A stretch of 64,000 nucleotides of DNA from Monocercomonoides exilis PA203 (lineage: Eukaryota; Protista; Preaxostyla), in the NCBI GenBank assembly GCA_001643675.2, contig LSRY02000025.1:62001-126000 (forward strand), in the 5' to 3' direction. The notes beneath the pieces are model-generated. The model did no database searches, was not told where the DNA came from, and worked only from the letters and a program-made list of their open reading frames with translations. Position numbers and translations under genes: made by a program. This document shows positions 36,084-48,963 of the stretch, one piece after another; positions within the stretch are counted from its first letter, which is position 1; every line of letters begins with the position of its first letter.

Positions 36084-36330
36084 CATGTGTCTAAATTTTT
36101 TTGAAAAGTTCCTTTTGTTTAATTTTCAAATAAAATAAAAATTTCATATTTCAATCAAATTTCTGTTCTTTCTCATGAAAATTTACAAAAATGGAAAAAT
36201 AAACATTATCAAGATTTTATTTTCACGACAGCGAAATTTGGGGAGTGGGAACAGAAATTTGATTGAAAAATGGAATTTTTATTTAATTTGAAAATTATAC
36301 AAAAGGAACTTTTCAAAAAAATTAGACATG
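36084..36330. repeat. ~83-bp stem, ~80-nt loop inverted repeat
   Basis: 36084-36168 pairs with 36249-36330 (about 90% by eye). Mirrored at about 49972-50220. Confidence 0.85.
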
Positions 36331-36450
36331 TGTTGTATGTTGAACGTGTTATGTGTTGAATGTTGATGTTATCGTTGATGAAATCGTTTGTGTGATCGTT
36401 GGTGAAATCGTAAATAAAAATAATTGATTTTGTTTTTTGTTTTATCGAAA

Positions 36451-36702
36451 ATGAGTCGGAAGAAGATATACGCAACTGTGGAGGAAGCGAAAGAGGCTCA
36501 ACAGAAACAAATTAAACAGTTTCAGGAAAAACGAAAGGAAGAAACTAAGTATTACAACGAACATGCATCTGAGAAACAGAAGAAGTTGATTAAGATATTG
36601 AGGAGAAAGCTTATCGAAAGTGATGAGTTGTTAGATGAGTTGATGGAAAAAGTTAGTGGTTATTGCCTGCACAGGCTTGATTGGGAACAATGTGATAATT
36701 AA
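36451..36702 (+). CDS. Small basic protein, paralogue of the Polinton MGRKKLY protein
   Basis: MSRKKIYATVEEAKEAQQKQIK vs MGRKKLYESEEEAKAKQLQQIR; KLIKILRRKLIESDE vs TVIKMLSKHMFESED. Confidence 0.65.
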   Translation: MSRKKIYATVEEAKEAQQKQIKQFQEKRKEETKYYNEHASEKQKKLIKILRRKLIESDELLDELMEKVSGYCLHRLDWEQCDN

Positions 36703-36759
36703 TGAAATATAACTGACTACACACGTTTGTTGTATCGTTGATTGTACCAAACAGTAGTC

Positions 36760-37305
36760 ACGATGGCGTTGTGGTGGATTGCCAACATCTATATTTTTGC
36801 TTGAAAAAGTGGTAAACCGGTAGTCAGGATACAGGATTGTGGCAATATCGAGAGGCTTGGGGAAGGGGAATATTGGCTATAATCTCCGTACTGGAAGCGT
36901 AGTCCTGTAGTCCGGTAGTCCGGATCTTTTGATTTCATCTGAAAAGAGCTGCCAACATGCCATTTCTGCCAACATGAGCATTTTACCCCTAATTTGCTAT
37001 GATTTTGAAAGATTTCATTTATTTTCGACTGTATCATCATCTTGCCACATTGCCACATGACATCGTCGGTGGTATACGTTCGTTATATCGTCAGTGGTAC
37101 ACATCAGTCACATCGTCAGTTGTTCCAAACAGATGTTTTGCCTGCACAGGTTAAGCTTGTCAGGAAATGTGGGTGATGCTGTGGCGTGGAAATATTGAGT
37201 TAAATCTCCGTGCTTTTCACCTGGACTGGGTGGACCGGGTGGACCTGGTCAATTATATTCTGCAAAATATGTGGGCAAACGGGCAAACTGGGCAAATGGG
37301 CAAAA
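36760..37305. repeat. Stacked short iteron blocks upstream of primase-helicase 2 (mirrored at about 48996-49540)
   Basis: GTAGTCC x3, TGCCAACAT x3, TTGCCACA x2, ATCGTCRGT x3, GGTGGACC x2, GGGCAAA x4. Confidence 0.8.
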
Positions 37306-37443
37306 GACATTTAATGTGAAAATTAACTGTTGTTGTTCATTATCGACATTAACCCAGAAGTCATCTTTCCCGTAAATTTATGTTTCAAAAATAAATATGT
37401 TACAAAAAAAATTTTTTTTTTAATTTCTATAAAATTGGCAACC

Positions 37444-37982
37444 ATGAGCAAAAGCATAACAGAAATAATCGGTAATAACAGCCAAACGGTTCAACTACTT
37501 ATTAGCATGGAAGAAAAAACATTGAATGAAAGAATTGATTCAATCGTTGTTGATTTATACAATTATCAAAAGCATGATGGAGGCAGTGGCTCTGTTGTTA
37601 CTGGAAGATCAGTATTGGTAAACAAAGTGTCAAATTCAACTGTTATCGACATTGACATTAACAAATCGTTAGACGACGAGTACAAACAATCTATAAGATC
37701 AAAGATATTAAACAAACTGGATGAAGATGATGTTGTTGTTCAAACAGCTTCAGGGGGATTACACATTTATGCCAATACCGATAACTTTTACGCCAACTCC
37801 AACAGAATGATTAAATGTTACACTTGCGATGAATTTGATGCGGATATCATGACATCGTTGGATGAAAGCAAACGATCATTAATAGTATTTCCAAACAGAA
37901 AAGTGAGTAAGGATCATCGATCAAAGACAAATGTAATCAGCTTGTTAGAGGTTCGTTTGATTCAGCAATTACACGAAATGTT
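37444..37982 (+). pseudogene. Primase-helicase 2, Prim-Pol N-terminal part
   Basis: STVIDIDINK and VVQTASGGLHIY. Homologous to the Polinton primase. Cut by the Merlin TIR. Confidence 0.85.
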
Positions 37983-38649
37983 GGCATAGGTGTATTTAAA
38001 GCACATTCCCAATCCTTGGATATTCTTTAAAACATTGTGATAAATAAAAAGTATATTTAATTATAAAACATTTGTATGGACTGGAATTTTGAAATTCTTT
38101 TTGATCCTTGAGAAAAAACAATATTTACAAATCACCCATAAACACTGGTATTTTTCTTATAAAAATGATAAAATAAGATAATTTTAAAATAATAAGCAGC
38201 TGTGAGGTCATTTATTATTATATACTCTTATTTTATTTATGATTTTTCAAAAAATAAAACATTTAAAAAAATTAATTAAAAAATTTAAATATTTTGATCA
38301 ATCCCACAATTATATTTTTAATGTCCAAAAAATTAGAATTTTCTTTCTTTCATCAAGAATTGAACCCTCGTTTGCGAACATACAACAAATCATATATATA
38401 AATACAGTTTTAATGTGTGTGATGTATAATTATCAATATATCATTCAAATCTTTATCAATTTTGTTTATGATTTTTAAGATGAAAATTTTTGTGCAGTTT
38501 GAGGATGATAATATTACGCAATGATGATCATGAATAAAGAAGCTTTGTTGATGCCATGAAAGTGTGAATTTCATATAAATTAACTTATTTAAAGAATGTT
38601 TTAACGATTTTCATTATTTTTTTATTTATTTTTTTACTGAATCAATGTT

Positions 38650-41200
38650 GAATGTTAAATGCAAGAAGATATTTACAGAAGCAACAACTACTGCACAAAT
38701 ATGAAAGATGGAATGCGTTTTGCAGCAAATGAAAGAGGGTTTCTTGATTTCGCATTTGTGGGGATGAAATTCAATGCAAACACAGCAAAAGTGGGAAACG
38801 ATATTTTCATTGAATGTTACAACATCACATGCAATATTAACATGTGCAGAGTCAAAATTCCTTGAGTTCATCATATAAACATTTTCATCTAATTTAATAC
38901 ATATTTGATGTTAAAATATCAAAGCATATTATTCAACATACATTGAGAACAACATCCGGTGGAAGTTACATGTTGCAAGGGGGCAGTTTTATAGGGCCAG
39001 CATTTGTCAAATTACTATTGGTGATAGCTTTCTCTGATTTATATGAGAGCAACAACTTTTCTAATATTGTGAACACTGGAAGCGATGAAGGAGGCGTTGC
39101 AAAAGTGATATTGAAAGGGAATGAAGATTTTGTTATCAAATCAACAAATGTATCATCGTGTTCACTTTCATCAGGCAAAGGAAAAGGTGGATTCTTGTAT
39201 TTGGATTGTCAAAATTGTTTGATTGAGAAGCCATTTCTTTTGGAAGGTGTTTCGTTTGCAAACAACAATGCAGCTATTGGAAAGAATGTGTTCATTAAGG
39301 GAAAGGATTTTAATTATTCTGTGACAAATACTTCGTTCAAGTTTGATTATTCATCAATGACAAATGACAAAACTCTGTTTGTTGGAAGTGATGATTTTCA
39401 TTCAAACAAAGATTTATTCATATTCATCGTACCACACTGCTCAATTGTGATATTTATCTCATCAAGTGGATTTGAAGTGGAGCATTGTGGAAAAATATTC
39501 AAAAGTTATTAATGCGAAGGAAGAAAATATGAAGATACAAACGCAACGAAAACTCTTTTTGTGAAACAACATAGTGAATCAGAGAAGAAAAAGAATAAAG
39601 AATTGAATTTTTGGGAAGTAAAATTTGTTAAATACCAAATTTGAAAAAGAAGAAAGCGAGGAAGGAAGTGGATCTTTGGTAGTTTATGCGTGGGTTAGGA
39701 GAGTGAAAGGCAGAGAAACACAAATGGATAGTGTAATTATGAGAGTAATCATGTTTTATGCAGGAGGGGTTCTGAGGGAAAAGAAATGAGTGATTGTTGG
39801 AGAGAAACGATCAAAGATAGAGATAAGTTGGAGAAGGATTGACAGATGAGAGAAGGAATTCTGGAGCGCTGTTGATGAGAAGCGAGGGAATAGATGCAAA
39901 GTGGGAAACGATTCGATATTTTCAATGTGTATAAGTGAATATGTGAATGGAGGGGCATTGAAGTGTGAGGTTGCAGAAGGCGGGGTGGTTGTTGTTGAGA
40001 ACAGCACATTTGAAGGATGCTCTGCAATGGGGAGTGAAGAGAAAGGAGGAGAGATGTTAATGAGTGTTGTTGGGGAGAGCGAGGCAGATTGCTTTGCTGT
40101 GAAAGGTTGTGTGTTCGAATGGAGCAGTGTAGGTGAAGGGAAAGATGTGTATGTGATGTGTGAGGATTTTAAGGAAACAATCCTTCCGAAATGGTTTGAG
40201 ATAGAGCTTGTGGATGAAGAAAGAATGAGCAAAGTGGATATGCGAGGGAGGGACAATGGAAGATTTGCAAGGGAGAGTGTTGATTTGCTTCTGTTTCTGG
40301 TGAAGTTCAGCGGAGATGAGGTGCATGTGTCGGAAGGGAGCGGGATGGATGTTCTGGGGTGTGGGAAAGAGGAGATTGCATGTGGCACGCTTTGGTGTGG
40401 GATTGGGCATCTGAAGGAAGAGAGTGAGCAAGAAGAGCAGAAGGTTGTGGTGAGCGACAGATGTGTGGTGAGTGACTGCTTTGTGTTTGGGTGAGGAACA
40501 ATGATATGTCGGCCTGAGGCAGAAGAAGCAAAGCAGGCGAAGATGCATGTTGAATGGGAGCTGAAGAGCGATGGATGTGAAGCTGTGATGTGGAGTGGTG
40601 AGTGCCTGGGTGTGAGGATGATAGTGATAAGTCTTCCACAGGTGTTTGGAACTGGGCAAAGCATGTTCTGGGATCAGAAAGCTGGGTGGTGAATGTGTCG
40701 AATGTGGGGTTTGAGTGGAGAGAGAGCGGGGTTGTTGGATACAGGATTGTGAGCACGCTGAAGTGGATGCTGAATGTGCAGAACTGTTCTGTCAGTGGAG
40801 CATCGTTTGAGAATGTGCCATTTTCTGTGCATTCGAGTGTGGTTGTGGAGAGCTTGGAGACGGATGGTATCACAAGTGAGAGGAACAGAGAAGGGGGAGT
40901 AATGGAGATTGAGCTGAGTGGAGAAAAGAAAACTTAGTTGAGAAGTGCAAGTGCTAATGGATGATGTTGATCTGTGAATGAAAAAATAAAATGAATGTGT
41001 ATGTGTGTGGAAGTTTGAGAAATTAAAACAGTTTCAGGAGAGGAATATCAAAGAACAATGTTTAAAGGAGAACTGATTTGAGTTGTGTTTGTGAAAGGAA
41101 CAGTGCATGGAAGTTGTGGAATATCTATCTGGGTTGTTTGAGGAAGTGTGTGGAGTTGGAGAGTGATGTGGATACAGGCAAAAAGGATCGGAAAAGAAAA
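38650..41200 (+). pseudogene. Fragments of host Cys-rich beta-helix genes (cargo)
   Basis: GKGKGGFLYLDC...FANNNAAIGKNVFI; NGGALKC...FEGCSA; GMDVLGCGKEEIACGTL. Many stops. Confidence 0.65.
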
Positions 41201-41571
41201 AGGAAGAGTGAAGTTTGTGGAGGATGATAATAAGGTTAAACAAAAAAACAGTAAATAGTAAGATAATGTTTGTTTTGGAAAGAATTTGATCCTCCAATTC
41301 TTTTCTGTAATAACAGCTTTTCTTTATGTTTGATAATGAGAAAATTGTGGTTGAGTGATTGTATTCAATCTGATCGTTATTGTAATATAGATATTCAAAT
41401 AGAATGAATGAATTTCAGTTCAATAAATACAATTCCAACAATTAGTTAAGAATCTTTTCTCATGTCTTGAAAGTGCAAGCAACAAAAAAAGAATCATCAT
41501 TTGTTTCTTGAATAAGTTTATTTCGAAATTATAAAAATGTGATGTGAAATAAAGTGTAGTGATGAATTTGT

Positions 41572-43164
41572 CTACAAATTAATAGGAGATTGCTCCGTTC
41601 CTATGTCTTTTGATTTGATGAAGCTTCTGAGTATTGGCTTATTTTCAATTTCATGTTTCTTTTCTTTTTCTTTTTTCTCCATCTCCTCAATTTTTGTTTC
41701 CTTTTTTTCACAAAACATTTTTGATTCAAGAATCAAAGTTTCAATCTGTTGATTCTCAATAAATTTCACAAATCTACCATTTTTTGATCTGTTTCTAATA
41801 TTTCTTTTTTTTCTTACAGTCTTTGTTTCTAAATCTGAGATAGTTTCTTCTTTCTCTTCTTTCTCTTCTTTCTCTTCTTTCTCTTCTTTCTCTTCTTTCT
41901 CTTCTTTCTCTTCTTTCTCTTCTTTCTCTTCTTTCTCTTCTTTCTCTTCTTTCTCTTCTTTCTCTTCTTTCTCTTCTTTTTCTTCTTTCTCTTCTTTCTC
42001 TTCTTTCTCTTCTTCATCTTCAATTTTTCTTCTTTTGAAATTCTCTGTTTTATATGTTTCAATCAATTTCTTTGATAATCTTTTTTTTTTCAATACTTCA
42101 TCCAGCTCACTTTCATCAGCCATTTCATAGTTTCTTCTTTTTTTCATTTCCTGTTTTTTCAAATAGTAAGATGATAATTTGAATTTTCTTTCTTTATTCA
42201 AAACGCTTATCATATTTGAAGCACTTTCGTCGTAGGCACGTAAAAAAACATCCAAACTTCTCTTGTCAATTTTTGATAATTCTTTCATGAATGAGATTGG
42301 AGTGAGTCGATTATTATATCTAAATTGAAACTCGTAAACATATTCCTTAGTTTTCATATATGTTCTCCCTCGTTTTGGAATATGATTTTTCAAATGAGAC
42401 CAGATACCTTCAATTGTCTGTGTGTAAACCTTTGGATTTTCTGGTTTAACAAAATTAAGAGTATGATTAACGCTGTCTATTGTAAAACCATTTTCACTGA
42501 TGCAATTGTAAGCTGACCATTTATCAGACATGATCGTTGCTGATCTTTCAATGTTTTTTTTAACGAAATATAAAATTGTGTCTGCTTTTCTATCAGGAAG
42601 AAATTCAACAATTAGTTTTTGAGGCTTTCCTTTTTCCTTTCTCTCAATGACTCCCCACAACCATTGCTGTTCTCTGCATCTCCCAACTCCATTTTTTCTT
42701 TTGTGAATCAAAGTTTCATCTATTTCAACTATGCGATTGTCTCCGACTTTTTCCATTTTGCTCGTTTCAAAAAAGCAGCATATTCTTCTCATCTTTTCAT
42801 TAAATTTCACAACAGTTTTGTTTGTAACATTCAGCTCGAAAGAAACTTCCTTTATTGAATGCTTGTACCAAAAATGATATAATAGAGATGCAATTTTCAA
42901 AGGTGATAAGCGAAATTCCATGAATATCGAATCATAACTCCAACTGTAAATTCTTCCACATTTTGAACATCTGTATGCATAGTAATCAATTTCTTTTTTG
43001 TACAGTTTCAGCTCCATCGTTCTGTCGCATTTCCAACATTTCCTATTTCTTTTTATCAATCCGTATTTAGATAGCAATTCAACTGCAAGATGATTTTTGT
43101 TGTTTGATTGAATTATAAACTCGTTGAAAGTTAATTCTCTTTCCAATAAGTCGTTCTCACTCAT
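41572..43164 (-). CDS. Merlin/IS1595-family DDE transposase with N-terminal Zn ribbon and (EKE)n tail
   Basis: CWKC...CSKC, IVEIDET, WLWGVIER, IMSDKWSAY, VNHTLNFV, TQTIEGIWSHLK, YVYEFQFRYN. Intact 530 aa. Confidence 0.92.
   Translation of the reverse strand: MSENDLLERELTFNEFIIQSNNKNHLAVELLSKYGLIKRNRKCWKCDRTMELKLYKKEIDYYAYRCSKCGRIYSWSYDSIFMEFRLSPLKIASLLYHFWYKHSIKEVSFELNVTNKTVVKFNEKMRRICCFFETSKMEKVGDNRIVEIDETLIHKRKNGVGRCREQQWLWGVIERKEKGKPQKLIVEFLPDRKADTILYFVKKNIERSATIMSDKWSAYNCISENGFTIDSVNHTLNFVKPENPKVYTQTIEGIWSHLKNHIPKRGRTYMKTKEYVYEFQFRYNNRLTPISFMKELSKIDKRSLDVFLRAYDESASNMISVLNKERKFKLSSYYLKKQEMKKRRNYEMADESELDEVLKKKRLSKKLIETYKTENFKRRKIEDEEEKEEKEEKEEKEEKEEKEEKEEKEEKEEKEEKEEKEEKEEKEEKEEKEEKEEKEETISDLETKTVRKKRNIRNRSKNGRFVKFIENQQIETLILESKMFCEKKETKIEEMEKKEKEKKHEIENKPILRSFIKSKDIGTEQSPINL
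41844..42013 (-). repeat. 9-bp tandem repeat (GAAGAGAAA)n encoding EEK
   Basis: About 19 units inside the transposase tail. Confidence 0.9.
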
Positions 43165-43699
43165 GTATTTGATATAATTGTTCTGCAGATGATCAAAATT
43201 TTAAAAATTTTGATATTTATAATGGAAAATTTAAAAAAAAAAAACACACATTTGGAATTTGATTTTTAACTTCTTTTTGACATAAAAAACATATATTTTT
43301 TTTGAATAATTTGCATAATTTTTTTCATAATCAATATACAAAAAAAACTCAAATAAATAATCAAAAACAAATATAATCACAGCTTTGTTTTTCCTTATTA
43401 AAATAATGAATGCATAATTTCAAAGCGTTAATTCTGTGTGATAATTTCGTTCATTTATTAAAAAGTTTGAATTTGTTTTCTGTTTCGTTTTGTTTCAATT
43501 GTTTACTCATCACTGCATTCTCATTTTTTCCAAACATATAAATATACATTAGAATCATATTTTCTTTTGTTTCGCATTATCATTCAGGTCTTTCTCCTAA
43601 AGAATTGTTTGGAAAGAACTTTTTCATCTCTCCATTTTTCCATCCGCACTCGATGCATATGAAAATACTCGAGTAATGCATTCTCGCTTTAAGTCTCTG

Positions 43700-46620
43700 T
43701 GATAACTATTATCGCGAATCATCATCAAAAGAATTGTGTCCGATTGAATGCTCTTGAATAACACCAGATTCACATCCATCATCATGTCACTCACTTCCTC
43801 ATTCGGTGTGTAGTTTCCACATCTTTCTCAACTTCACCACCACACTCTCTCCTCACACAATCATGCTTTCAGCCATAATTTTCACTTCAAACTCCCCAAA
43901 CGGGATCTCCAATGTCAGGCACTCCCACAGCATCATCCCTATCGAAAACACCACCGTCTTCTTCGTCGCATGTTTCTTTTTCCCATTCAGCAGTTCTGGT
44001 GCCTTCCACCTCAAACACTCTTTTTTGAGAATTCCCTCATCCTCAAAGGCAGATGAGGGAAGGGAGTCACTTTCATCATCATCATCACTTGCAGATGTCA
44101 CAACAGTCGATGAAGAGATGGATGATGAGTCTGAACTATCATCTGACAATAAGTCCGAATACATCACGATGCAGATGACCATGTGTTCTGAGAACAGCAC
44201 GATGTGTGGGCTGAAATTGGCAAGAGAAGATAATCCATTTTCGATTTCATGATATGAATGGAGTGCCCCATTCGCCACCCAGAACAGGATCTGAGCAGCT
44301 GTTATTTCTCTCTCCTTCAAACTCCCAATCGCCATCTCCTTCTTCTCATTCCTCCCATGTAACATCATGAACAGTGAATCCCTCAGATCCACAATCAGCT
44401 TCTCATGGGGAGACGAACAGGCCATCGCATCCACAAGATTCGACATTGATGAGGTGGTTGGGCACAGACTTTCCGATCGAACAAATGTCGTGTCTGTATC
44501 TGAAGTATCTGTGGATGAAATGGATGGTGATGGTGTTCGTTTTCTCGTTTCATCCTCGATCTCTTTCTCATCAACCTTTTCCAATGCCCATTCTGGGATC
44601 TTGTCTGAGTCTCTGCCCAGGATGTATTCAGTCGATCCACTCTCACTCAACAAATGTTCCGATGACTCCGAATGTCCCAAGCTTTTCTCATACACTCTCT
44701 TCTTTGCCTTCTCTTCCTTCTTCTTCTCTGCCTCTCTCTCAGCTCTCCTCCACTGCTCTTCTGGAGATGGTTCCATCGTCATCATCTCGATCAGTTTCGG
44801 ATCTTTTCTGATGTTATCGTTCACAATCTCTCTCAGATCTTTGTTCTCTTTCTTTGCTTTTCTCCATCGAACAGCCAGAACAATTGACACAACAAAAACA
44901 ATCAGCAGAATTACAACAAGCACAATCACAATCAACAACCAATAAGATTTCCCTTCTTTTCCTCCTTCAACAATTCTCTCCTCTCATTTTGGTTCGGTTT
45001 CACTTGCATTCTTCAGAATGAATGAATGTGTTGATGAAGGAAATTCAATATTCCCAAACAAAACAGAAACGCTTACCTCCATTTCATTTCCACAACTGCT
45101 GATGAGATCCTTTGCAACGCTTCCTTCGACTTCTCTTTCCGACAAGAATCCATTTGAATCAAAATCATGTTTTTCAATCTCTTTCTCTTCTCCCTTTCTC
45201 TTCACAACTGAGAATGACAGATTGCATGGAATAAGAAGCAATCCTTTGAATGTCAGCTTCATTCTGTTTGTCTCTTCTTTTGCTTCCACACTCTCCAGAA
45301 CAGGAATGAAGAATGATGAATCCCATTCTGAAACAATCCCTTCAAAACTGCACCCTTCATTCAACATCCACAATGACGAATTATCCTTCACTCCATCTCC
45401 TCCTTTCAAACTCATCACATTCAATGTTCCAGAATCAGAACAAATGATGTTTCTTCTCAGTGATGAATATCCCTCAATTGATGGACTATTGTTTTCAAAT
45501 CTTCCATCATTAACAGCCAGCTCCCCTCCATTCATTGTTATTCCACCATCCGGTGAATTTGATAATGTTGAAACTTTCATCATTACAGAACTCTTCACAA
45601 CATCCACAACAGATCCAGACCATTGGCACATCTCTTCTTCCACATTCAAATATTGTTCATTTCTTTCCTTTACGCTTCCATCAAAAATGCAACTGTCCAT
45701 TTTCACATGAAAACAATTCTCCAATTTCATCAATTTCCCTTTTGTAATCTTTGAACCAACTCCACTCATTGTGCAATTTGTCAACTGTATCGTCTTTTTC
45801 GGAGACAGGCAAGATATCAATGATTCTTCATTCCCTTCATCTGTTATGTTTTCTGTGTTAAAATTCTTAATTGTTAATTGACCACATCCAATGATTTTAA
45901 TAACCGAATGAGAAACTATTGAATTGAATATCTCAAACAAATAAATCACTGAAGGAAGAGAAGATGAAAGATGCAATGACGATTCATGAAAAATGATATT
46001 TGATATCTTGCATTCCATAAGTTGTAATTCTCCTTTTTCCATTTTTATAATGTGAAATGGAATATTTGCAAAAGCTTCATTTCCATCTTCCATCAGTTGC
46101 TTTGAGCCAAATGAGCAATTCACAATTTCAAGAATTCCTCCATCTGGTGAGATCAGCGATTCATGTAAAGAAATGAAATTCGAATCAAACACAAAATTCA
46201 CTCTCACCAATGACACTGTTCAGTTGTTGTCATCAATGCTTCTCTTGTTTTTCCAATGTTCGATTTCACTTCAACTTCACACAAATCTCTGCTCTTCGAG
46301 CTCAAACTCATTTCCTTCAGACTTATCTCTTCACCAATTACGCTCTCTTCCACAACAAGAATTTGACTAATAAGTTCTGAAGTCAAATGCATTAGTCCAT
46401 GCTCAATCGAATAACATGGAAGTGTGTTGGTTCCACACTGTTTTTCGTTTGATCCATTCACGCTGCTCACAATAATCGTATCGCTCTGGTGAATAGTTAC
46501 AAATCCAATCAGATCTGTATCTTTTATGATAATCACATTCATCTCTTCCATATATTGCGTTATTACGAGTGAAATATCGCTCTCGAAGATCTAACTGAAA
46601 TTGCGTTTCATTGATCTGCG
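43700..46620 (-). pseudogene. Host receptor-kinase-like family gene (beta-helix ectodomain, TM helix, truncated kinase-like C-terminus), cargo
   Basis: ORFs 46204-46551, 44984-46216 and 43853-44938. TM LIVIVLVVILLIVFVVSIVLAVRWRK; kinase VIII-IX-like RWKAPELL and VFSIGMMLWECLTLEIPFG. Stops and frameshifts separate the ORFs. Confidence 0.75.
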
Positions 46621-47466
46621 ATGTGATGTTGATTTATTCAATGTAAATATCGTTTCACACTTTTTCTGTGTTTGAATTGAACTTCATTCACACAAATCCA
46701 GTTCGAATTTCCTCTTTCATTTGCTGCAAAACACATTCCATCTTTCATATTTGTGCAGTAGTTGTTGCTTCTGTAAATATCTTCTTGCATTTAACATTCA
46801 ACATTGATTCAGTAAAAAAATAAATAAAAAAATAATGAAAATCGTTAAAACATTCTTTAAATAAGTTAATTTATATGAAATTCACACTTTCATGGCATCA
46901 ACAAAGCTTCTTTATTCATGATCATCATTGCGTAATATTATCATCCTCAAACTGCACAAAAATTTTCATCTTAAAAATCATAAACAAAATTGATAAAGAT
47001 TTGAATGATATATTGATAATTATACATCACACACATTAAAACTGTATTTATATATATGATTTGTTGTATGTTCGCAAACGAGGGTTCAATTCTTGATGAA
47101 AGAAAGAAAATTCTAATTTTTTGGACATTAAAAATATAATTGTGGGATTGATCAAAATATTTAAATTTTTTAATTAATTTTTTTAAATGTTTTATTTTTT
47201 GAAAAATCATAAATAAAATAAGAGTATATAATAATAAATGACCTCACAGCTGCTTATTATTTTAAAATTATCTTATTTTATCATTTTTATAAGAAAAATA
47301 CCAGTGTTTATGGGTGATTTGTAAAAATTGTTTTTTCTCAAGGATCAAAAAGAATTTCAAAATTCCAGTCCATACAAATGTTTTATAATTAAATATACTT
47401 TTTATTTATCACAATGTTTTAAAGAATATCCAAGGATTGGGAATGTGCTTTAAATACACCTATGCC

Positions 47467-48963
47467 GAGTATATCGAATTATCAAACGATAGAGTGCAAA
47501 TCAGCGATAATTTGACAGCAAACGCACGTGATTACTATTATGCTGCAAAACAACGATACAGATGTTAGAGATTATTGCCATTTGAATTTGTTAAGATGTG
47601 CAAGATTTGGAATAATGACCATTACACAAACGAGATATTACAGTTGCTGAGAAACGACTACAATATCGTTTCACCAATATAAATGTCTGATTCGTTTTCC
47701 ATTACAGATATTCGACGAAAAGCTGAGACAAAACAAATCAAAAACTCATGTGATATTATTAGTGATTTGTCGAGAGTTATTCGATTTATTTAAACAGGGT
47801 CGATGTATATTCAAATAGATTTCAATATAAACGATAAACGTTGGGGGATAACGTTTGCTACAGACACCAAAATGACACGTAACTTAAAGATGATTAAACT
47901 GTGGAAAACTGAACATGAAACAACAACAGCACATGACATTCTACTGTCTTGTTTGTCGAAACCAACATTAAAAGGTGTAATGTTTAACGCAAATGATACA
48001 GCTAAAATATTCTCAATATTTCATGGTTTAAAGTCCAATTTGCGAGAACATGTCGATACGGACACAATCTCAATGTTTCTGGACTTTGTTCGTGAGGAAA
48101 TTGCTGATTCTTACTACGATGTGGATGAATATGTTATAACTGGATTGCTAACATTGTTCAAACACCCTGGAATAAAAAATGAAACGGCATTGATATTGAA
48201 AGGTATTCAAGGTATTGGGAAAAACAGATTCACAGATGTTATATCTGAACTATTCGCTGGTTATTCCAGTCGAAATGTCACAGAAATTGGAGAATTGACT
48301 GAAAACTTCAACTCTGTTGTTGAAAGCAAAATGTTGATTGTTTTGAATGAACTGAAAAATTGTGGAGACGACAGACTTGCAAATTACAATGCGTTGAAGT
48401 CTGTAATAACAGAAAACATTATTAGAATAAATGAGAAGAATCAACCACGTAGAACCACCGAGAATGTGGCTAATTGAATATTTGTGACAAACCACGCATT
48501 TCCAGTAAAGATTGAAACAGGTGATAGGAGATATGTTGTTATTGCATGTTATGGTTAATGCAAGAACAATTTCGATTATTTCAAACAACTATGTTCTTCA
48601 TTTGCAACAGAGTTTTTTGACAATTTGCTGACATATTTAATGAACAAAGACCTTTCATCATTTAACGTTTGATCAATACCAATGAAAGAAGCTAAAATAG
48701 ATATTACAAAAGCAAGAATAAGTCCGTTGGAAATGTGGATTTGTAATCATTACGAAGAGCTATGTGTTGGAATGAATTGAACAGAAGCTCTCCTCTGCAA
48801 ACCTGTTGAAATTAAAGGAAGAAACTTCCAACTGCAACTGAAAGATAAATGTGATCATAAACAGAAATCTATAAATGGAAAATATTCATTGCATAATATA
48901 TTGAAAGAAGAATGCAAACTGTTGTACAGACAAACTGTATCTAACGATGAGGATTATTTATAA
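47467..48963 (+). pseudogene. Primase-helicase 2, SF3 helicase C-terminal part
   Basis: NLTANA (shared with primase 1), ILKGIQGIGKN (Walker A), LIVLNEL, INEKN, FVTNH, GDRRY. Several stops. Confidence 0.85.

Larger units (their letters stand above)
22312..37305 (+). repeat. Left arm of giant inverted duplication (at least 15 kb)
   Basis: Near-identical reverse complement of 48996-64000. All ORFs are mirrored. Confidence 0.97.
37983..47466. mobile_element. 9.5-kb Merlin (IS1595/IS1016-like) transposon with ~750-bp TIRs and host-gene cargo
   Basis: GGCATAGGTGTATTTAAAGC... (37983-38738) is nearly identical to the reverse complement of 46711-47466. GG...CC ends, internal Merlin transposase. No TSD seen. 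Confidence 0.8.

Noticed and set aside
38239-38478. 79-aa ORF duplicated at 46971-47210
   Set aside because: AT-rich TIR sequence with no coding signature.
41545-43520. Separate short TIRs immediately around the Merlin transposase (GTGTAGTGATGAA / CTCATCACTGCAT)
   Set aside because: Short imperfect match without GG ends or TSD, and one copy abuts the stop codon.
43853-44938. Functional protein kinase
   Set aside because: Only subdomain VIII-IX-like motifs; no VAIK, HRD or DFG, and the gene is broken.
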